64,000 nt of DNA from NCBI GenBank assembly GCA_038207335.1, contig JBBQZX010000003.1:96001-160000 (forward strand), given 5' to 3'. Below are positions 48,141 through 58,975 of this stretch, one piece after another (position 1 is the stretch's first letter; each line of letters starts with the position of its first letter). Both the position numbers and the translations under genes were made by a program. This DNA is from Chthoniobacterales bacterium. Its GTDB lineage: Bacteria; Verrucomicrobiota; Verrucomicrobiia; Chthoniobacterales; Chthoniobacteraceae. Below the pieces are notes generated by a model. That model ran no database searches. It saw only the letters and a list, made by a program, of their open reading frames with translations, and was not told the DNA's origin.

Positions 48141-48842
48141 TTAAGACTTGAGGAAGGGGCTCGCATCGACGCGCACCCCGGGGGACATGGTGGCCGCGAG
48201 GGTCACGTTCTCGACGAATTTGCCCTTCGCGCTGGCGGGCCGCGCTTTCACGACGGCGTCGATGACGGCCGAACCGTTATCGGTGAGCGCCTGCGCTTCA
48301 AAGGAGATCTTGCCGACTGGCACGGCGCAGTTGCCGTTTTTGTCGAGCTTGAATTCGACGCGTCCGGCTTTCACTTCGCGCACTGCTTTCGCAGTGTCTT
48401 CGGTGACGGTGCCGGTCTTCGGGTTCGGCATGAGCCCGCGAGGCCCGAGGACTTTGCCGAGTTTCCGCACTTCGGCCATGCAGGCCGGGGTGGCAACCGC
48501 GACGTCGAAGTCCTGAAAGCCACCGACGCACTTCTCGATCAGGTCCTTGTAGCCGACGTATTCCGCGCCGGCGTCCTTTGCCGCACGCGCTGCATCGCCT
48601 TCTGCGAAGACGAGGACGCGGACGACTTTGCCCGAGCCGTGGGGCAGGGGACAGGTGCCGCGGACCATTTGGTCGGACTGGCGAGGATCGACTCCGAGGC
48701 GGAACGAGAGGGTGACCGTCTGGTCAAACTTCGGGGCCGGGAAGGCTTTGAGGACCGTGATGGCCTCTGCGAGCGAGTAGCTCTTCTTTGCGTCCACCTT
48801 TTCGGCGGCGGCGCGATACCGTTTGCTGCGTTTGGTTTGCAT
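48141..48842 (-). CDS. rplA: 50S ribosomal protein L1
   Basis: [24 protein letters not shown] and [16 protein letters not shown]. Confidence 0.97.
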   Translation of the reverse strand: MQTKRSKRYRAAAEKVDAKKSYSLAEAITVLKAFPAPKFDQTVTLSFRLGVDPRQSDQMVRGTCPLPHGSGKVVRVLVFAEGDAARAAKDAGAEYVGYKDLIEKCVGGFQDFDVAVATPACMAEVRKLGKVLGPRGLMPNPKTGTVTEDTAKAVREVKAGRVEFKLDKNGNCAVPVGKISFEAQALTDNGSAVIDAVVKARPASAKGKFVENVTLAATMSPGVRVDASPFLKS

Positions 48843-48850
48843 GATGTGGT

Positions 48851-48879
48851 GCAGTGCGAACGAGTGTGAACTCTCCTGC
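48851..48879 (-). promoter_or_regulatory. Putative L1 autoregulatory mRNA hairpin
   Basis: GCAGGAGAGT-TCAC-ACTCGTTCGCACTGC: stem, asymmetric loop, stem containing GGAG, just before the rplA ATG. Confidence 0.5.
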
Positions 48880-49011
48880 TGTTAGGGTTTGAAAAAGGGC
48901 GCGCAGCATCAGCGTGCGCGGAACGAATGCAAGCAGAATCTCGCATTGCGCGATTTTTCCCCCATGCGGGGGAAGGGCGCCGGTCTGGAGTGTCTGCGGC
49001 CTAGAGCGGCG

Positions 49012-50385
49012 TCAGGATTTGTATTCCTGATTTTTCACGATGCCGGGCTCGGGGACCGGGTAGCGGCCGTTCTTGTCGGAGGCGACCGGTGGCGGGCTGT
49101 CCATCGTGAATTTATCCGCGTCGGGGGCGAAGGCTTGCGGGCAGTTGAGCATGTCGTCCCACGAGATTTCCTGCCCGGTGTGCGCGGCCATGCGGCCCAT
49201 GGAGGTGGCGACGCTGGCATCGACGCCACGCTTGACTTCGTTGTATGGGCGGTCTTCGCGAATGGCGGATACGAGTGCGTCCCATTCGTTCTGGTAGGGA
49301 TTCGAGGTGTCGGTGCTCTGCCAGATCATGTTTGCGCGGTCTTGCGCCTGGCCTTTGTAGGTGCTCGACGGGGTGCCGCAGTCGCCATTTTTCGAGATGA
49401 CTGCGAGGCCTTTCGTGCCGTGCGCGTAGCTGGAGTAGAGGGGCAGGGCGCCGACCATGCAGCGACCGTCCATGAGGAATTTCGTGTTGTCGGCGAAGGT
49501 GTATTCGACGGCGTAGCTGTCGAAGTTCTGATCGACGTAGTCGTAGCGGTAGTGCCGTCCGCCGAGCGCCTGGGCTTTGACGGGCCACGCGTTTTTCATC
49601 CAGCAGCAGTGGTCGATGTGATGGATGTAGAAGTCGCTGTAGCAGCCGCCGCTCGCCCAGATGAAGCTGTGGAAGCGGCTGATCTGCCAGAGCAGTTCGC
49701 TCGGAGTGCCGGGCCATTTTTCGGAGAAAGCGGACGCGAGCGGGCCCGCCATGCGGTAGCCGCGCATGAGGGTGATGTCGCCGATTTCGCCATTCTGAAT
49801 GCGGTCGTGGAGCTCGATGAGCGCCTTGCTGTGGCGCGACATGAGGCCAACGCCGACCTTGAGGTTCTTCTTCTCGGACTGCTCGGCGAGCGCATACATT
49901 TTCTTCGCGCTCGGCCCGTCGGCGATGAGCGGCTTTTCCATGAAGACGTTGAGGCCTTTCTCGATGGCGTAGGCAAAGTGGACCCAGCGGAAGGCGAGCG
50001 GCGTGGTGAAGATGGCGATGCTGCCGGGCTTGAGCGCGTCCATGGCGTGCTTGTAGCCGTCGAAGCCGATGAACTGCCGATCTTGCGGTACGTCCATGCG
50101 GTCGGCGTGAACGTTCTTCAATGTGTCGTGGCTGGTCTTGAGACGCTTTTCAAAGACGTCGGCCATGGCGACGAGCTTGAGAGGCGGGCCGGAGACGGAG
50201 AGTGCGTTGTCGGCAGCGCCGGTGCCGCGCCCTCCGCAGCCGACGAGGGCGACCTGAATGGTGTTGTCCTCGGCGGCGTGGACGAATGGGATTTTCACTC
50301 CGGCGAGCGCGGAGACGGCGGCGATTTTCGTCGTGGTCTTGATGAAGTGACGACGGGTGGAGGACGGATCGGTGGGTAGGATCAT
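49012..50385 (-). CDS. Tat-exported Gfo/Idh/MocA oxidoreductase
   Basis: TRRHFIK; ALVGCGGRGTGAA, FMEKP and IHHID. Confidence 0.88.
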   Translation of the reverse strand: MILPTDPSSTRRHFIKTTTKIAAVSALAGVKIPFVHAAEDNTIQVALVGCGGRGTGAADNALSVSGPPLKLVAMADVFEKRLKTSHDTLKNVHADRMDVPQDRQFIGFDGYKHAMDALKPGSIAIFTTPLAFRWVHFAYAIEKGLNVFMEKPLIADGPSAKKMYALAEQSEKKNLKVGVGLMSRHSKALIELHDRIQNGEIGDITLMRGYRMAGPLASAFSEKWPGTPSELLWQISRFHSFIWASGGCYSDFYIHHIDHCCWMKNAWPVKAQALGGRHYRYDYVDQNFDSYAVEYTFADNTKFLMDGRCMVGALPLYSSYAHGTKGLAVISKNGDCGTPSSTYKGQAQDRANMIWQSTDTSNPYQNEWDALVSAIREDRPYNEVKRGVDASVATSMGRMAAHTGQEISWDDMLNCPQAFAPDADKFTMDSPPPVASDKNGRYPVPEPGIVKNQEYKS

Positions 50386-50487
50386 GGTGAGAGGGTGAGT
50401 GTGAGGCGTGGGTCGGGTCAACCGCGCACGCAGAAAAACGAAAGGCTATTCGTCATTCACGAGAGGTGATTTTCGCCGCTCGTGCGG

Positions 50488-51087
50488 CTACAAAACTCCG
50501 TGCGCCGCGAGGTCGGCGAGGAGGGCGTCGTGGCGGTCGTGATGGTAGTGGTGGCAGACGAAGCCGAGGCTGCGCGCGGTCTCGATGTTCGGCAAAAGGT
50601 CGTCGATGAAGAATGTGCTGGCGGGCTCGATCGAGAGTTCGCGGCAGGCGATGTCGAAGATTTCGCGGCCCGGCTTCGAGGTTTTGACGGCGTAGCTGTA
50701 GATGCCCGCGGTGAATCGGGAAAAGAACGGGTATCGGCGGAAAACGTAGTCGCGGTGGATGTCGCCGGTGTTGCTCAAAAGGTAGAGCGGGTAGCGGCCG
50801 TGGAGCTGCTCGACGAGCGCGATCATCGGCTCGTTCGGCTCGAAGATTTCTTCCCACGCGGCGACGAAATCGGCCTCGGTGCCGGTGTAGCTGAGCACGT
50901 CGAAAGCGGCTCGCAGAAAGGCCGCGCGGTCGATCTGGCCGTCTTCGTATCCGATCTTAATGCGCTCGACGGCGGCGAGGATTTCGACGGGGTCGTGGAT
51001 TTTGCTGTGCGCGGCGACGGCTCGGAGTGCGAGCGAAAAGTCGAATCGCAGGAGGACGTTCCCGATGTCAAAAAGGACGGCGCGCAT
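50488..51087 (-). CDS. HAD-superfamily phosphatase
   Basis: FDIGNVL, LLSNT, KP..EIF and FFIDD...N. Confidence 0.88.
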   Translation of the reverse strand: MRAVLFDIGNVLLRFDFSLALRAVAAHSKIHDPVEILAAVERIKIGYEDGQIDRAAFLRAAFDVLSYTGTEADFVAAWEEIFEPNEPMIALVEQLHGRYPLYLLSNTGDIHRDYVFRRYPFFSRFTAGIYSYAVKTSKPGREIFDIACRELSIEPASTFFIDDLLPNIETARSLGFVCHHYHHDRHDALLADLAAHGVL

Positions 51088-51100
51088 TTGAAAACGAGGT

Positions 51101-52180
51101 TCAGGATTTTCCGCTGACGAATGCCGCGATCTTCAGGGCGGCGTCGGGGCGACTGAGTTGGGTAATGTTTTTCTCCCACTCACGCCACTCGCGCGCGTCG
51201 TCGGCGAAGAGTCGTGAGGTCGTCTCGGCGAGGCGCGCGGTGGTGGGGCAGAGTTCGCCGCAGCGGTTCTCGATGAGCAGGCGCGCGTTGCCTTCCTCCT
51301 GGCCCGGGATGACCTGCGTCATGAGCATCGGCGTGCACGCGGCGATCGTCTCTTGCACGGCTGCACCGCCGGCTTTTCCGATGAGAAGATGATGCGTCAT
51401 CAGCAGCTCGGGCATCCGGTCGGTCCAGCCATGAATCTCGATGGGACGGCCATTCGCGGCCGATTCGATGCGCGCGCGGAGCGCCTCGTCCTTGCCGACG
51501 GTGACGGTGAGATGGATGCGCGGGATTTCCAAAAGGCGCGCGACGATTCCGGGCGCGGCGGCCTTGCCGGCATTGATCATGAAGAGCACGCGCGGCGGCG
51601 TCTCGGCGCTCGGCGAGGGGCGAGCGGGGCGGTCGTTCGCGAATTTCGGCGGCACGGGAAATCCGAGCACGCGCAGCTTTTCCTCGGGCACTCCGGCGCG
51701 CGCCATAACGCGGGAGGTGTCGGCATTTGCGACGATGAATGTGTCGCTCGCGCAGCGGTGCCAGACTCTGTTGATGGTGATCGAATCGGTGACGACTGTG
51801 TGGACTGCAAAAGGCGGATTTTTTCCCGAGAAGATGCGCTCGATGAAGTAGCCGTATGCCGGATAAACCGAGATCACGGCGGACGGCTTTTTCGCGGCCA
51901 GTGCGGCGGCGAGTGCGCGCTGGACTTTGCCGAGAAAGGGGAGTGTGAGCGGGACGATCGGCAGCTTGTCGATGAGCCAAAATGCGGCGGCCCAGACGTG
52001 CGGCGCGCGATTGATGAGGCCGATGTAGGCGCGGCGGCTGCGATCGTACGAGGCGTCGCCGACGAGAGCGAATGCGTCGCAGATCTCCGACTCAACGCCG
52101 AGCAGCGTGAACGCTGCGTGGAGCCCGCGCGCGGCGGCGTTGTGACCTTCGCCGTATCCGGCGGTGAGGATGAGAATCAT
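51101..52180 (-). CDS. MGDG synthase/GT28-family glycosyltransferase
   Basis: ILTAGYGEGHNAAA, VVTD, GFPV, IGKAGG and IPGQEEGNA. Confidence 0.88.
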   Translation of the reverse strand: MILILTAGYGEGHNAAARGLHAAFTLLGVESEICDAFALVGDASYDRSRRAYIGLINRAPHVWAAAFWLIDKLPIVPLTLPFLGKVQRALAAALAAKKPSAVISVYPAYGYFIERIFSGKNPPFAVHTVVTDSITINRVWHRCASDTFIVANADTSRVMARAGVPEEKLRVLGFPVPPKFANDRPARPSPSAETPPRVLFMINAGKAAAPGIVARLLEIPRIHLTVTVGKDEALRARIESAANGRPIEIHGWTDRMPELLMTHHLLIGKAGGAAVQETIAACTPMLMTQVIPGQEEGNARLLIENRCGELCPTTARLAETTSRLFADDAREWREWEKNITQLSRPDAALKIAAFVSGKS

Positions 52181-52394
52181 GGTGAAAACTGCGGAGTGAG
52201 CCGGGCGCCGGAGCAATAGGGAAGCAGGAATGCGAGCGAACACGGGCGATCGCCGCGAAACGAAAAGCCTCTGCCTCGCGTTCCTGCTCGGCTTTATTGC
52301 ACGCATGGAGCAGGAAGGGCGGTGCGCTTCCCCGAGTTTCCACTTTCCACTTTCCACGGGTCACTCTAGCTTTCGAGTCAACCCCACTTCCTCC

Positions 52395-53072
52395 ATGAAA
52401 AAGTCCGCCTTCACTCTAATTGAACTTCTCGTCGTCATTGCGATTATCGCGCTCCTCGCAGGCATCGCATTGCCTGTTTTCCAAAAAGCGCAGGAAAGAG
52501 GTCGCGCGACAAACGATGCCGCGAACCTGCGGCAGGTCGGCCTCGGTTTGCAGGCGTATCTGCTGGATAACGACGACCAGATGTTCGCTATTGCGGGTGC
52601 TGCGGGGAGCGGGGGGTCTCCCGTGACTTGGCCTGTTACGATGCACGATAAGTACGTGACTAACTGGAAGGTGTTTCACTCGCCGTTTGACTCGCGCCCT
52701 GCTGTGGAAAAAGCGCCTGCGCCTGTCAGCTACGCGATCAACACGAATGTTTTCGCTCCTTCCGATCCATCGAAGAGCTCCTACAAAGGGAATGCATCCC
52801 AATTCGTCTCGCCCTCGGAATTGATCATGATGGCGCCGAATCCGGACAAGACGCCGAAGAAGGTTTCGTTCAGCGACACTTCCCTGCAAAATCCAATCCT
52901 CGAGCAGCCAAATCCCGGTTCCAAGCTCGGCACTCACAGCAACCGCAATCAGATCAATGTGCTTTACGGCGATGCCCATGTGGCTGGCCTGGTGTGGGGC
53001 GAATACTCCGATACCGCGTCGGAGGAAGGATTGCGCCGCTGGCAGCCGCTGGGCGCGTTGCCAACGCAGTAG
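52395..53072 (+). CDS. Prepilin-type N-terminal cleavage protein with H-X9-DG-like C-terminus
   Basis: AFTLIELLVVIAIIALLAGIALP, NLRQVG and H....NVLYGDAHV. Confidence 0.88.
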   Translation: MKKSAFTLIELLVVIAIIALLAGIALPVFQKAQERGRATNDAANLRQVGLGLQAYLLDNDDQMFAIAGAAGSGGSPVTWPVTMHDKYVTNWKVFHSPFDSRPAVEKAPAPVSYAINTNVFAPSDPSKSSYKGNASQFVSPSELIMMAPNPDKTPKKVSFSDTSLQNPILEQPNPGSKLGTHSNRNQINVLYGDAHVAGLVWGEYSDTASEEGLRRWQPLGALPTQ

Positions 53073-53075
53073 TTT

Positions 53076-53648
53076 TCAGTCCGCGAAATCGCGCTCCAAG
53101 TTGATGCACGCTGCGAGCATCCGCCGGTAGGTCGAGCGCGATATTTCTCTCGCCCCGAAAGTGCGCAGGTGGCTCGTGGACCACTGCGTATCGAGCAGCG
53201 CGAATTCCCGTTGCCGCAGCCGCTCGACGAGCCCGTACAGAGCGACTTTCGACGCATCGGTTACACGATGGAACATCGACTCGCCGAAAAACGCGCCGCC
53301 GATCGCGACGCCGTACAGTCCGCCCGCGAGTTGATCGCCGAGCCAGGTCTCCACCGAGTGCGCAACCCCGAGTCGATGCAACTCGCGGTAGCTTTTCGCA
53401 ATCTCGTCACTGATCCACGTTTCCTCCCGGTTTGCGCAGGCGCGCAAAACCTCGGGAAAAGCGGTATTCACGCGCACCTCGAATGTGCCTTTTTTCAACG
53501 TCCGCCGGAGTCCATGTGGCACGTGAAACGCATCGATTGGGATGATCGTGCGCGGGTCCGGCGAGAACCATCCGATCTCGCCCCCATCCATCGCCATCGG
53601 AAAAACGGAACTGCGGTAGGCGTGGATCAGCAGTTCGGGCGAAAGCAT
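53076..53648 (-). CDS. aat: Leucyl/phenylalanyl-tRNA-protein transferase
   Basis: AY...FPM, WFSPDPR, TWI, AHSVETW, GGLYGV..G..FFGESMF and ASKVAL. Confidence 0.93.
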   Translation of the reverse strand: MLSPELLIHAYRSSVFPMAMDGGEIGWFSPDPRTIIPIDAFHVPHGLRRTLKKGTFEVRVNTAFPEVLRACANREETWISDEIAKSYRELHRLGVAHSVETWLGDQLAGGLYGVAIGGAFFGESMFHRVTDASKVALYGLVERLRQREFALLDTQWSTSHLRTFGAREISRSTYRRMLAACINLERDFAD

Positions 53649-53761
53649 TTGGCACCGCGAGGAATGCCGCAGCCATGCGAAAAATCGAAGCAAGAAAAGA
53701 TGGAAGCCACCGGCATTGCGCCGCTCTTGCCACGCGCCGCGCGAGTGCCTATCACGACGCG

Positions 53762-53953
53762 ATGAAACCTTTTCTCGCCTCACTCCTCCTCGCCGGCGCG
53801 TGCATCGCCTTCGTCGGCTGCGAATCTGAACTCCCGTCCACCGAACAACCGGGCCAGAAACTCGAGCGCGGCCTCACTGGCCAGGGAACCGTCTATCAGC
53901 CCGACAAATCGAACGACCCGATCATCCGCGAAGAGACCCGCGTCGGCAACTAG
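53762..53953 (+). CDS. Small lipoprotein
   Basis: [20 protein letters not shown] lipobox; stops 1 nt before guaA. Confidence 0.65.
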   Translation: MKPFLASLLLAGACIAFVGCESELPSTEQPGQKLERGLTGQGTVYQPDKSNDPIIREETRVGN

Positions 53954-53954
53954 C

Positions 53955-55523
53955 ATGGCCGTCGCAGCAGCTTCAAAAGTCGTCATCCTCGATTTCGGCT
54001 CGCAGTACACGCAGGTCATCGCGCGCCGCGTCCGCGAGTGCCAGGTCTTCTCCGAGATCGTTCGCTACGATCTCCCGGCGGATGAAATCGTCGCGCTGAA
54101 GCCCGACGGGATCATCCTCAGCGGCGGCCCCGCCAGCGTGTATGGAAAAGACGCGCCGCAGCTCGATCCCGCGATCTTCGACATCGGTGTGCCCATCCTC
54201 GGCATCTGCTACGGGATGCAGCTCATGGCGCATCATCTCGGTGGAAAAGTGGAGCACTCCGAGCGCCGCGAATACGGTTCCGGCCAACTCACCGTCGTCG
54301 CGCCGGAGTGCCCTCTTTTTCACGGACTCGGCGAGCACGTCGATATTTGGAATTCGCACGGCGACAAGCTCACGAAAATCCCGCGCGGCTTCCGCGCGGC
54401 GGCGAAAACCGACAACTCCGAGTACGCCGCGATCGAGCATCCGAAGAAGCGTTTTTTTGGCCTGCAATTTCATCCCGAAGTGGCGCACATGCCGCGCGGA
54501 AAAGAACTCATCCAGAATTTCGTGTACGAAATTTGCGGATGCAAAATGGACTGGACGACGGGCTCTTTCATCGACCAGACGTGCGATGAAATCCGCGCTC
54601 AGGTCGGTGCCGATCACGTCATCCTCGGCCTCAGCGGCGGAGTCGATTCCAGCGTCGCGGCCGCGCTTTTGCACAAAGCGATTGGAGATCAACTGACGTG
54701 CGTTTTCGTCAATAACGGCCTGCTGCGCGCGAACGAAGCTGAGACCGTTCAGCGTGTCTTCGGCGACAACTTTCAACTGAAGCTCAAATACGTCGATGCC
54801 AGCGCGCGCTTCCTCAAAAAGCTCAAAGGGGTGACCGACCCCGAGCGCAAACGCAAAATCATCGGAAAGGAATTTGTGCGCGTGTTTGAAGACGCGACCA
54901 AGTCGCTGACCAAAACGGGCAAGTCGAAATTCAAGTTCCTCGCGCAGGGCACGCTTTATCCCGACGTGATCGAAAGCGTCGCCATCGGCGGCAATCCCGC
55001 CGCGCTCATCAAGTCGCACCACAACGTCGGCGGGCTGCCAAAGAACATGAAGTTCAAGCTCGTCGAGCCGCTGCGCCAGCTCTTCAAAGACGAGGTGCGG
55101 CTCGTCGGCGCGCAACTCGGCTTGCCGCCGGAAATCGTGCAGCGCCAGCCCTTTCCGGGCCCGGGCCTCGCCGTCCGCATCCTCGGCGACATCACCCGCG
55201 AGCGGCTCCGCATCCTGCGCGAGGCGGATACGATCGTCGTGAGTGAGATGAAGGCGAGCGACTGGTATTACAAAGTCTGGCAAAGCTTCGCCGTGCTGCT
55301 GCCGGTGCGCAGCGTCGGCGTGATGGGCGACGAGCGGACGTATGAAAACACAATCGCCGTCCGCATCGTCGAGAGCCAGGACGGCATGACCGCCGATTGG
55401 GTGCGGCTGCCGTATGAGCTGCTCGCGCGCATTTCCACGCGCATCATCAATGAGGTGAAAGGCGTGAATCGCGTCTGCTACGACATCTCGAGCAAGCCAC
55501 CCGCGACGATCGAGTGGGAATAG
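53955..55523 (+). CDS. guaA: GMP synthase (glutamine-hydrolysing)
   Basis: [37 protein letters not shown] and KPPATIEWE. Confidence 0.98.
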   Translation: MAVAAASKVVILDFGSQYTQVIARRVRECQVFSEIVRYDLPADEIVALKPDGIILSGGPASVYGKDAPQLDPAIFDIGVPILGICYGMQLMAHHLGGKVEHSERREYGSGQLTVVAPECPLFHGLGEHVDIWNSHGDKLTKIPRGFRAAAKTDNSEYAAIEHPKKRFFGLQFHPEVAHMPRGKELIQNFVYEICGCKMDWTTGSFIDQTCDEIRAQVGADHVILGLSGGVDSSVAAALLHKAIGDQLTCVFVNNGLLRANEAETVQRVFGDNFQLKLKYVDASARFLKKLKGVTDPERKRKIIGKEFVRVFEDATKSLTKTGKSKFKFLAQGTLYPDVIESVAIGGNPAALIKSHHNVGGLPKNMKFKLVEPLRQLFKDEVRLVGAQLGLPPEIVQRQPFPGPGLAVRILGDITRERLRILREADTIVVSEMKASDWYYKVWQSFAVLLPVRSVGVMGDERTYENTIAVRIVESQDGMTADWVRLPYELLARISTRIINEVKGVNRVCYDISSKPPATIEWE

Positions 55524-55551
55524 GAATCCGCTGACCTAGGAGCTCGTGCCG

Positions 55552-57414
55552 CTATCTCAAGCCGGTCGCGTTGGAGCTGAAGGTTAGCCGATTGACCTGG
55601 AAAGCTGGGTTGGTGGAAATCGGAGTGAACTCCTTTTTGTCTAAGCCGATGATCTCGGCGATCACGACGATCCCGTTACTTTTGAGGCTCGGTCGCACCG
55701 TCCCGGCCAATGACGTGGACAAGGCGATGGGATCAAGAATCCAGAACTGCGTCGTCTGGCTTGCCGGCCCGCCCACGGGCAACACTCCGTCGAGTTGCGA
55801 GTTCGGGCCGAGCCCGGTCAACTCGAGGGTGACGCGGTCCCCATCGCGGTCGGTAAATTTCAGCGTCGTGCCGGAGAAGACCTTGAACATTTGCACGAGA
55901 TCGCCGCCCGGGCGGCGGTTGCGATTCCCATCGAGGAGATTGCCCGCGAGGTCTTTGACCCCTTCCGGCCGAGTGCGCGTGGCTCGCGAGCCATTGATGC
56001 GCAACGCCATGCGCTTGAAATTCGTCTGCATGAACGGCGTGAGCGTGAGCGTCACCTTGCGCCCGACGGAGTCGTAGACCGCCGATTCGAACGTCAGCAC
56101 TTGGTTTCTGCCGCGCTTCGGGACGGCCGTCAGCCGGTAGTTGTTCACGTTCGTCGCGGTGGTCGGATCCAAGTCTTCGTTGAAGTGAACCACGGCGCCG
56201 CTGATCCCGCGACTCGGCCCCGTCAGGCCGATGAATTCAACCAATGGCCCGACGAGGTCCGGACGGTCGTTCGCGTTGATCCGCAGCTCGGCGACGCTCG
56301 GTGAACCGAGCGTCCCCGGACCGGTGACGCCGGTGAGATAAAGTCCGACGAACTCGTCTTCTTCGGGAAAGATATCGTCCACCACCGGTACTTGGAACGT
56401 CTTGGTGTCCTCGCCCGGGCCGAAAGTCAACGTGCCCGCCGCCGTCGCGTAATCGCTCGCCGCCGAGGCCGTCCCGCTGAAAGTGCTGTATTGCACGGAA
56501 ACGGTCGTGTTGAGAAAGCCCTCGCGCTTTACCGTGATGACAGCGATGCCTCCACCCTCGCTGATCGCGTACTTCTCCGCTGAGAACGCGATCGTCGGCG
56601 CGACGGCGATATCGCGGATGGGAATGGTCCCATCGCCGATGGGTCCGTGCGAATCGCCCAAGCCCGTCAGCGGATCGACCGTCACGAGGACATACTCCAC
56701 GGGAGTGCCGGGGACGGCGTGTTTCCCGCCGGCGTAAGCCGTGCCATCCGAGGCGATGTCAAACCCGACGTGCGTGGCATTGACGACGCCAAAGTCCGCC
56801 GCAGAAAAGAGCGTTCCGTTGTTCGCCGGAGTCTGCAGGACGATCTGAAAAGTCGAATCATCGATCCCATAAAGCGCCGTCACGCCAGCCACCGCCGGTA
56901 GGTAAGCCACATCGCCGACGTTGGGATTCGCGCCCGCGTAGACATCACCGGCGTCGTAGGCGAGCGTGCCGTCCGTGTTCACCGAGCCAGTGTCAACGTT
57001 GATGCGGAGGTTCTGCTCAGCGTTGCTCACCACACGCAAACGATCGACGACGGGATTGAAATCGACGCCGAAATTCGACCCGTTCAGCGACGTGAAAGGG
57101 TCGGCACCGGAGGCTGTCAACGTCGCCACTTTCGTCGCGACTCCGGTTGCGGGATTGATTGTGTAGATCCCATTGCCATCGGTGATCGCGTAGAGTTGGC
57201 CATTTGCGGGTCGCACATCGATGCCCACGATGGCGTTGCCGGGATCCAATCCGGAGATCGGCTGGACGCTGAGAATGTTTTGCGGCACCGCCCCGTCCAC
57301 GACCAAAAGCCGACTCGGATTTTCATCCGTGAGCGCGTAAACGCTGACCGCTCGGGCGGAGGGCACGCATTGAGCGACGAATACAACCGCGAGAGAGCAG
57401 AGGATGGTTTTCAT
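55552..57414 (-). CDS. Secreted DUF4394 + Calx-beta domain protein
   Basis: Signal peptide; VGIDVRPANGQLY, GVDFNPVVDRLRVVS; Calx-beta GTA....DY...GTLTF.PGE..K...V.VVDD...E.DE. Confidence 0.82.
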   Translation of the reverse strand: MKTILCSLAVVFVAQCVPSARAVSVYALTDENPSRLLVVDGAVPQNILSVQPISGLDPGNAIVGIDVRPANGQLYAITDGNGIYTINPATGVATKVATLTASGADPFTSLNGSNFGVDFNPVVDRLRVVSNAEQNLRINVDTGSVNTDGTLAYDAGDVYAGANPNVGDVAYLPAVAGVTALYGIDDSTFQIVLQTPANNGTLFSAADFGVVNATHVGFDIASDGTAYAGGKHAVPGTPVEYVLVTVDPLTGLGDSHGPIGDGTIPIRDIAVAPTIAFSAEKYAISEGGGIAVITVKREGFLNTTVSVQYSTFSGTASAASDYATAAGTLTFGPGEDTKTFQVPVVDDIFPEEDEFVGLYLTGVTGPGTLGSPSVAELRINANDRPDLVGPLVEFIGLTGPSRGISGAVVHFNEDLDPTTATNVNNYRLTAVPKRGRNQVLTFESAVYDSVGRKVTLTLTPFMQTNFKRMALRINGSRATRTRPEGVKDLAGNLLDGNRNRRPGGDLVQMFKVFSGTTLKFTDRDGDRVTLELTGLGPNSQLDGVLPVGGPASQTTQFWILDPIALSTSLAGTVRPSLKSNGIVVIAEIIGLDKKEFTPISTNPAFQVNRLTFSSNATGLR

Positions 57415-57608
57415 GGGGTTTGTCGTGTTCCTTGAGCGAGCCTGAAGCGCGGAAGCAAGACCGCCCCGCACCGGCGGTGCAATTCGGCATCTGTGCATAC
57501 GCAAAAGTCAACTCCAGAATGCGTCGGCGCGATTCCAGCCTTCGCGGTGGGGGGCTATGCTCGCCGCGCTTGTCTCCCTGCGGTTCGAGCGGCAACGTGC
57601 GCGCCGTG

Positions 57609-58928
57609 ATGATGACACATCCTTGGATTTCACCCCGGCAATTTCTCTCCTCCGACTTCCGAGCAAGAGCGAGGCAAGCGCTGGAGGCTTGCTGGGGGCA
57701 CGCGTTGGTTCTGCTGATTCTCAGCATCCCCGCGCTAGCTGGGGAAATGGAATGGCCGCAATTTCGCGGCCCTACTGGCGAGGGGCTTTCCGCGGCGAAA
57801 CACGTCCCGGTCGCGTGGAGCGCGACTGAGCATGTCGCGTGGAAAGTCGAAGTCCCCGGAGCTGGCTGGTCGTCGCCACTCGTCTCGAAAAATCGCATCT
57901 ATCTCACCACCGCCGTCGCTCCCGCGGGCGGCGAACTCACGCTCCACGCGATGTGCTTCGACCTCGCGGACGGGCGCGTGATTTGGGACACCGAGGTATT
58001 CAAGCCCGAGCCCGGCAGTGCGGCGCGCATGCACCGCAAAAACTCACCCGCGAGTCCGTCGCCGATCGTCACGGGCGACCGCCTGTTCGTGCATTTCGGG
58101 CACATGGGCACCGCCGCGCTCGACCTCTCCGGCAAGGTCCTCTGGCAGCAAAATGAACTCACCTATGCGCCAGTCCACGGCACCGGCGGCTCGCCGATTC
58201 TCGTTGGTGACGAACTGGTTTTCAGCGCGGACGGCGAGCGCGATCCCTTCATCGCCGCGCTCGATGCAAAGACCGGTGCGATCAAGTGGAAGACCCCGCG
58301 CAACTCGCCTGCACACAAGCAGTTCTCCTTTTCCACACCGCTCGCGATCGAGGTCGGTGGCGTGCAGGAAATCATCAGCCCCGGCAGCGGCTTCGTCGGC
58401 GGGTATGCTCCCGGCGATGGCCACGAAATCTGGCGCGTGGCCTACGGCGAAGGCTACTCCGTCGTCCCGCGCCCGGTCTTCGCTCACGGCCTGCTTTTCG
58501 TCAGTTCGAGCTTCGACGTGCCGACGCTCTACGCGATCAAACCCGCCGGCGCGACCGGCGACTCCACAGCGACGAACATCGCGTGGACTCTGAAGAAAGG
58601 CGCGCCGCACACCGCCTCCACGCTCGTCCTCGGCGATGAAATTTATGTCGTCTCCGACGCCGGCATTGCCACCTGCGCCGATGCGAAAAGCGGCGAAGTC
58701 CACTGGACCGAACGCCTCGGCGGTAACTTCTCCGCGTCGCCCTTTGCCGCCGAAGACCGCATCTATTTTCAAAATGAAACCGGTACCACGAGTGTGGTGA
58801 AAGCTGACACTGCATTCACGCTTCTGCAGAAAAACGACCTCGGTGAACGAACCCTCGCATCGCCCGCGGTGATCGACGGCGCGGTCATCCTCCGCTCCGA
58901 AAATCACCTATGGAAAATCGCGGGGTAA
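57609..58928 (+). CDS. PQQ-like beta-propeller repeat protein (start uncertain)
   Basis: WPQFRGP, WKVEVPGAGWSSP, repeated D..(T/S)G...W and LASPAV. Confidence 0.85.
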   Translation: MMTHPWISPRQFLSSDFRARARQALEACWGHALVLLILSIPALAGEMEWPQFRGPTGEGLSAAKHVPVAWSATEHVAWKVEVPGAGWSSPLVSKNRIYLTTAVAPAGGELTLHAMCFDLADGRVIWDTEVFKPEPGSAARMHRKNSPASPSPIVTGDRLFVHFGHMGTAALDLSGKVLWQQNELTYAPVHGTGGSPILVGDELVFSADGERDPFIAALDAKTGAIKWKTPRNSPAHKQFSFSTPLAIEVGGVQEIISPGSGFVGGYAPGDGHEIWRVAYGEGYSVVPRPVFAHGLLFVSSSFDVPTLYAIKPAGATGDSTATNIAWTLKKGAPHTASTLVLGDEIYVVSDAGIATCADAKSGEVHWTERLGGNFSASPFAAEDRIYFQNETGTTSVVKADTAFTLLQKNDLGERTLASPAVIDGAVILRSENHLWKIAG

Positions 58929-58975
58929 CCGATGGTTCGGCGGCAAATCCTTGCCCGTTCCTCGTGCTTCTTTCC

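Noticed and set aside
55480..57420. Genomic island integrated at the guaA 3' end
   Set aside because: No integrase and no duplicated guaA 3' sequence seen in the window
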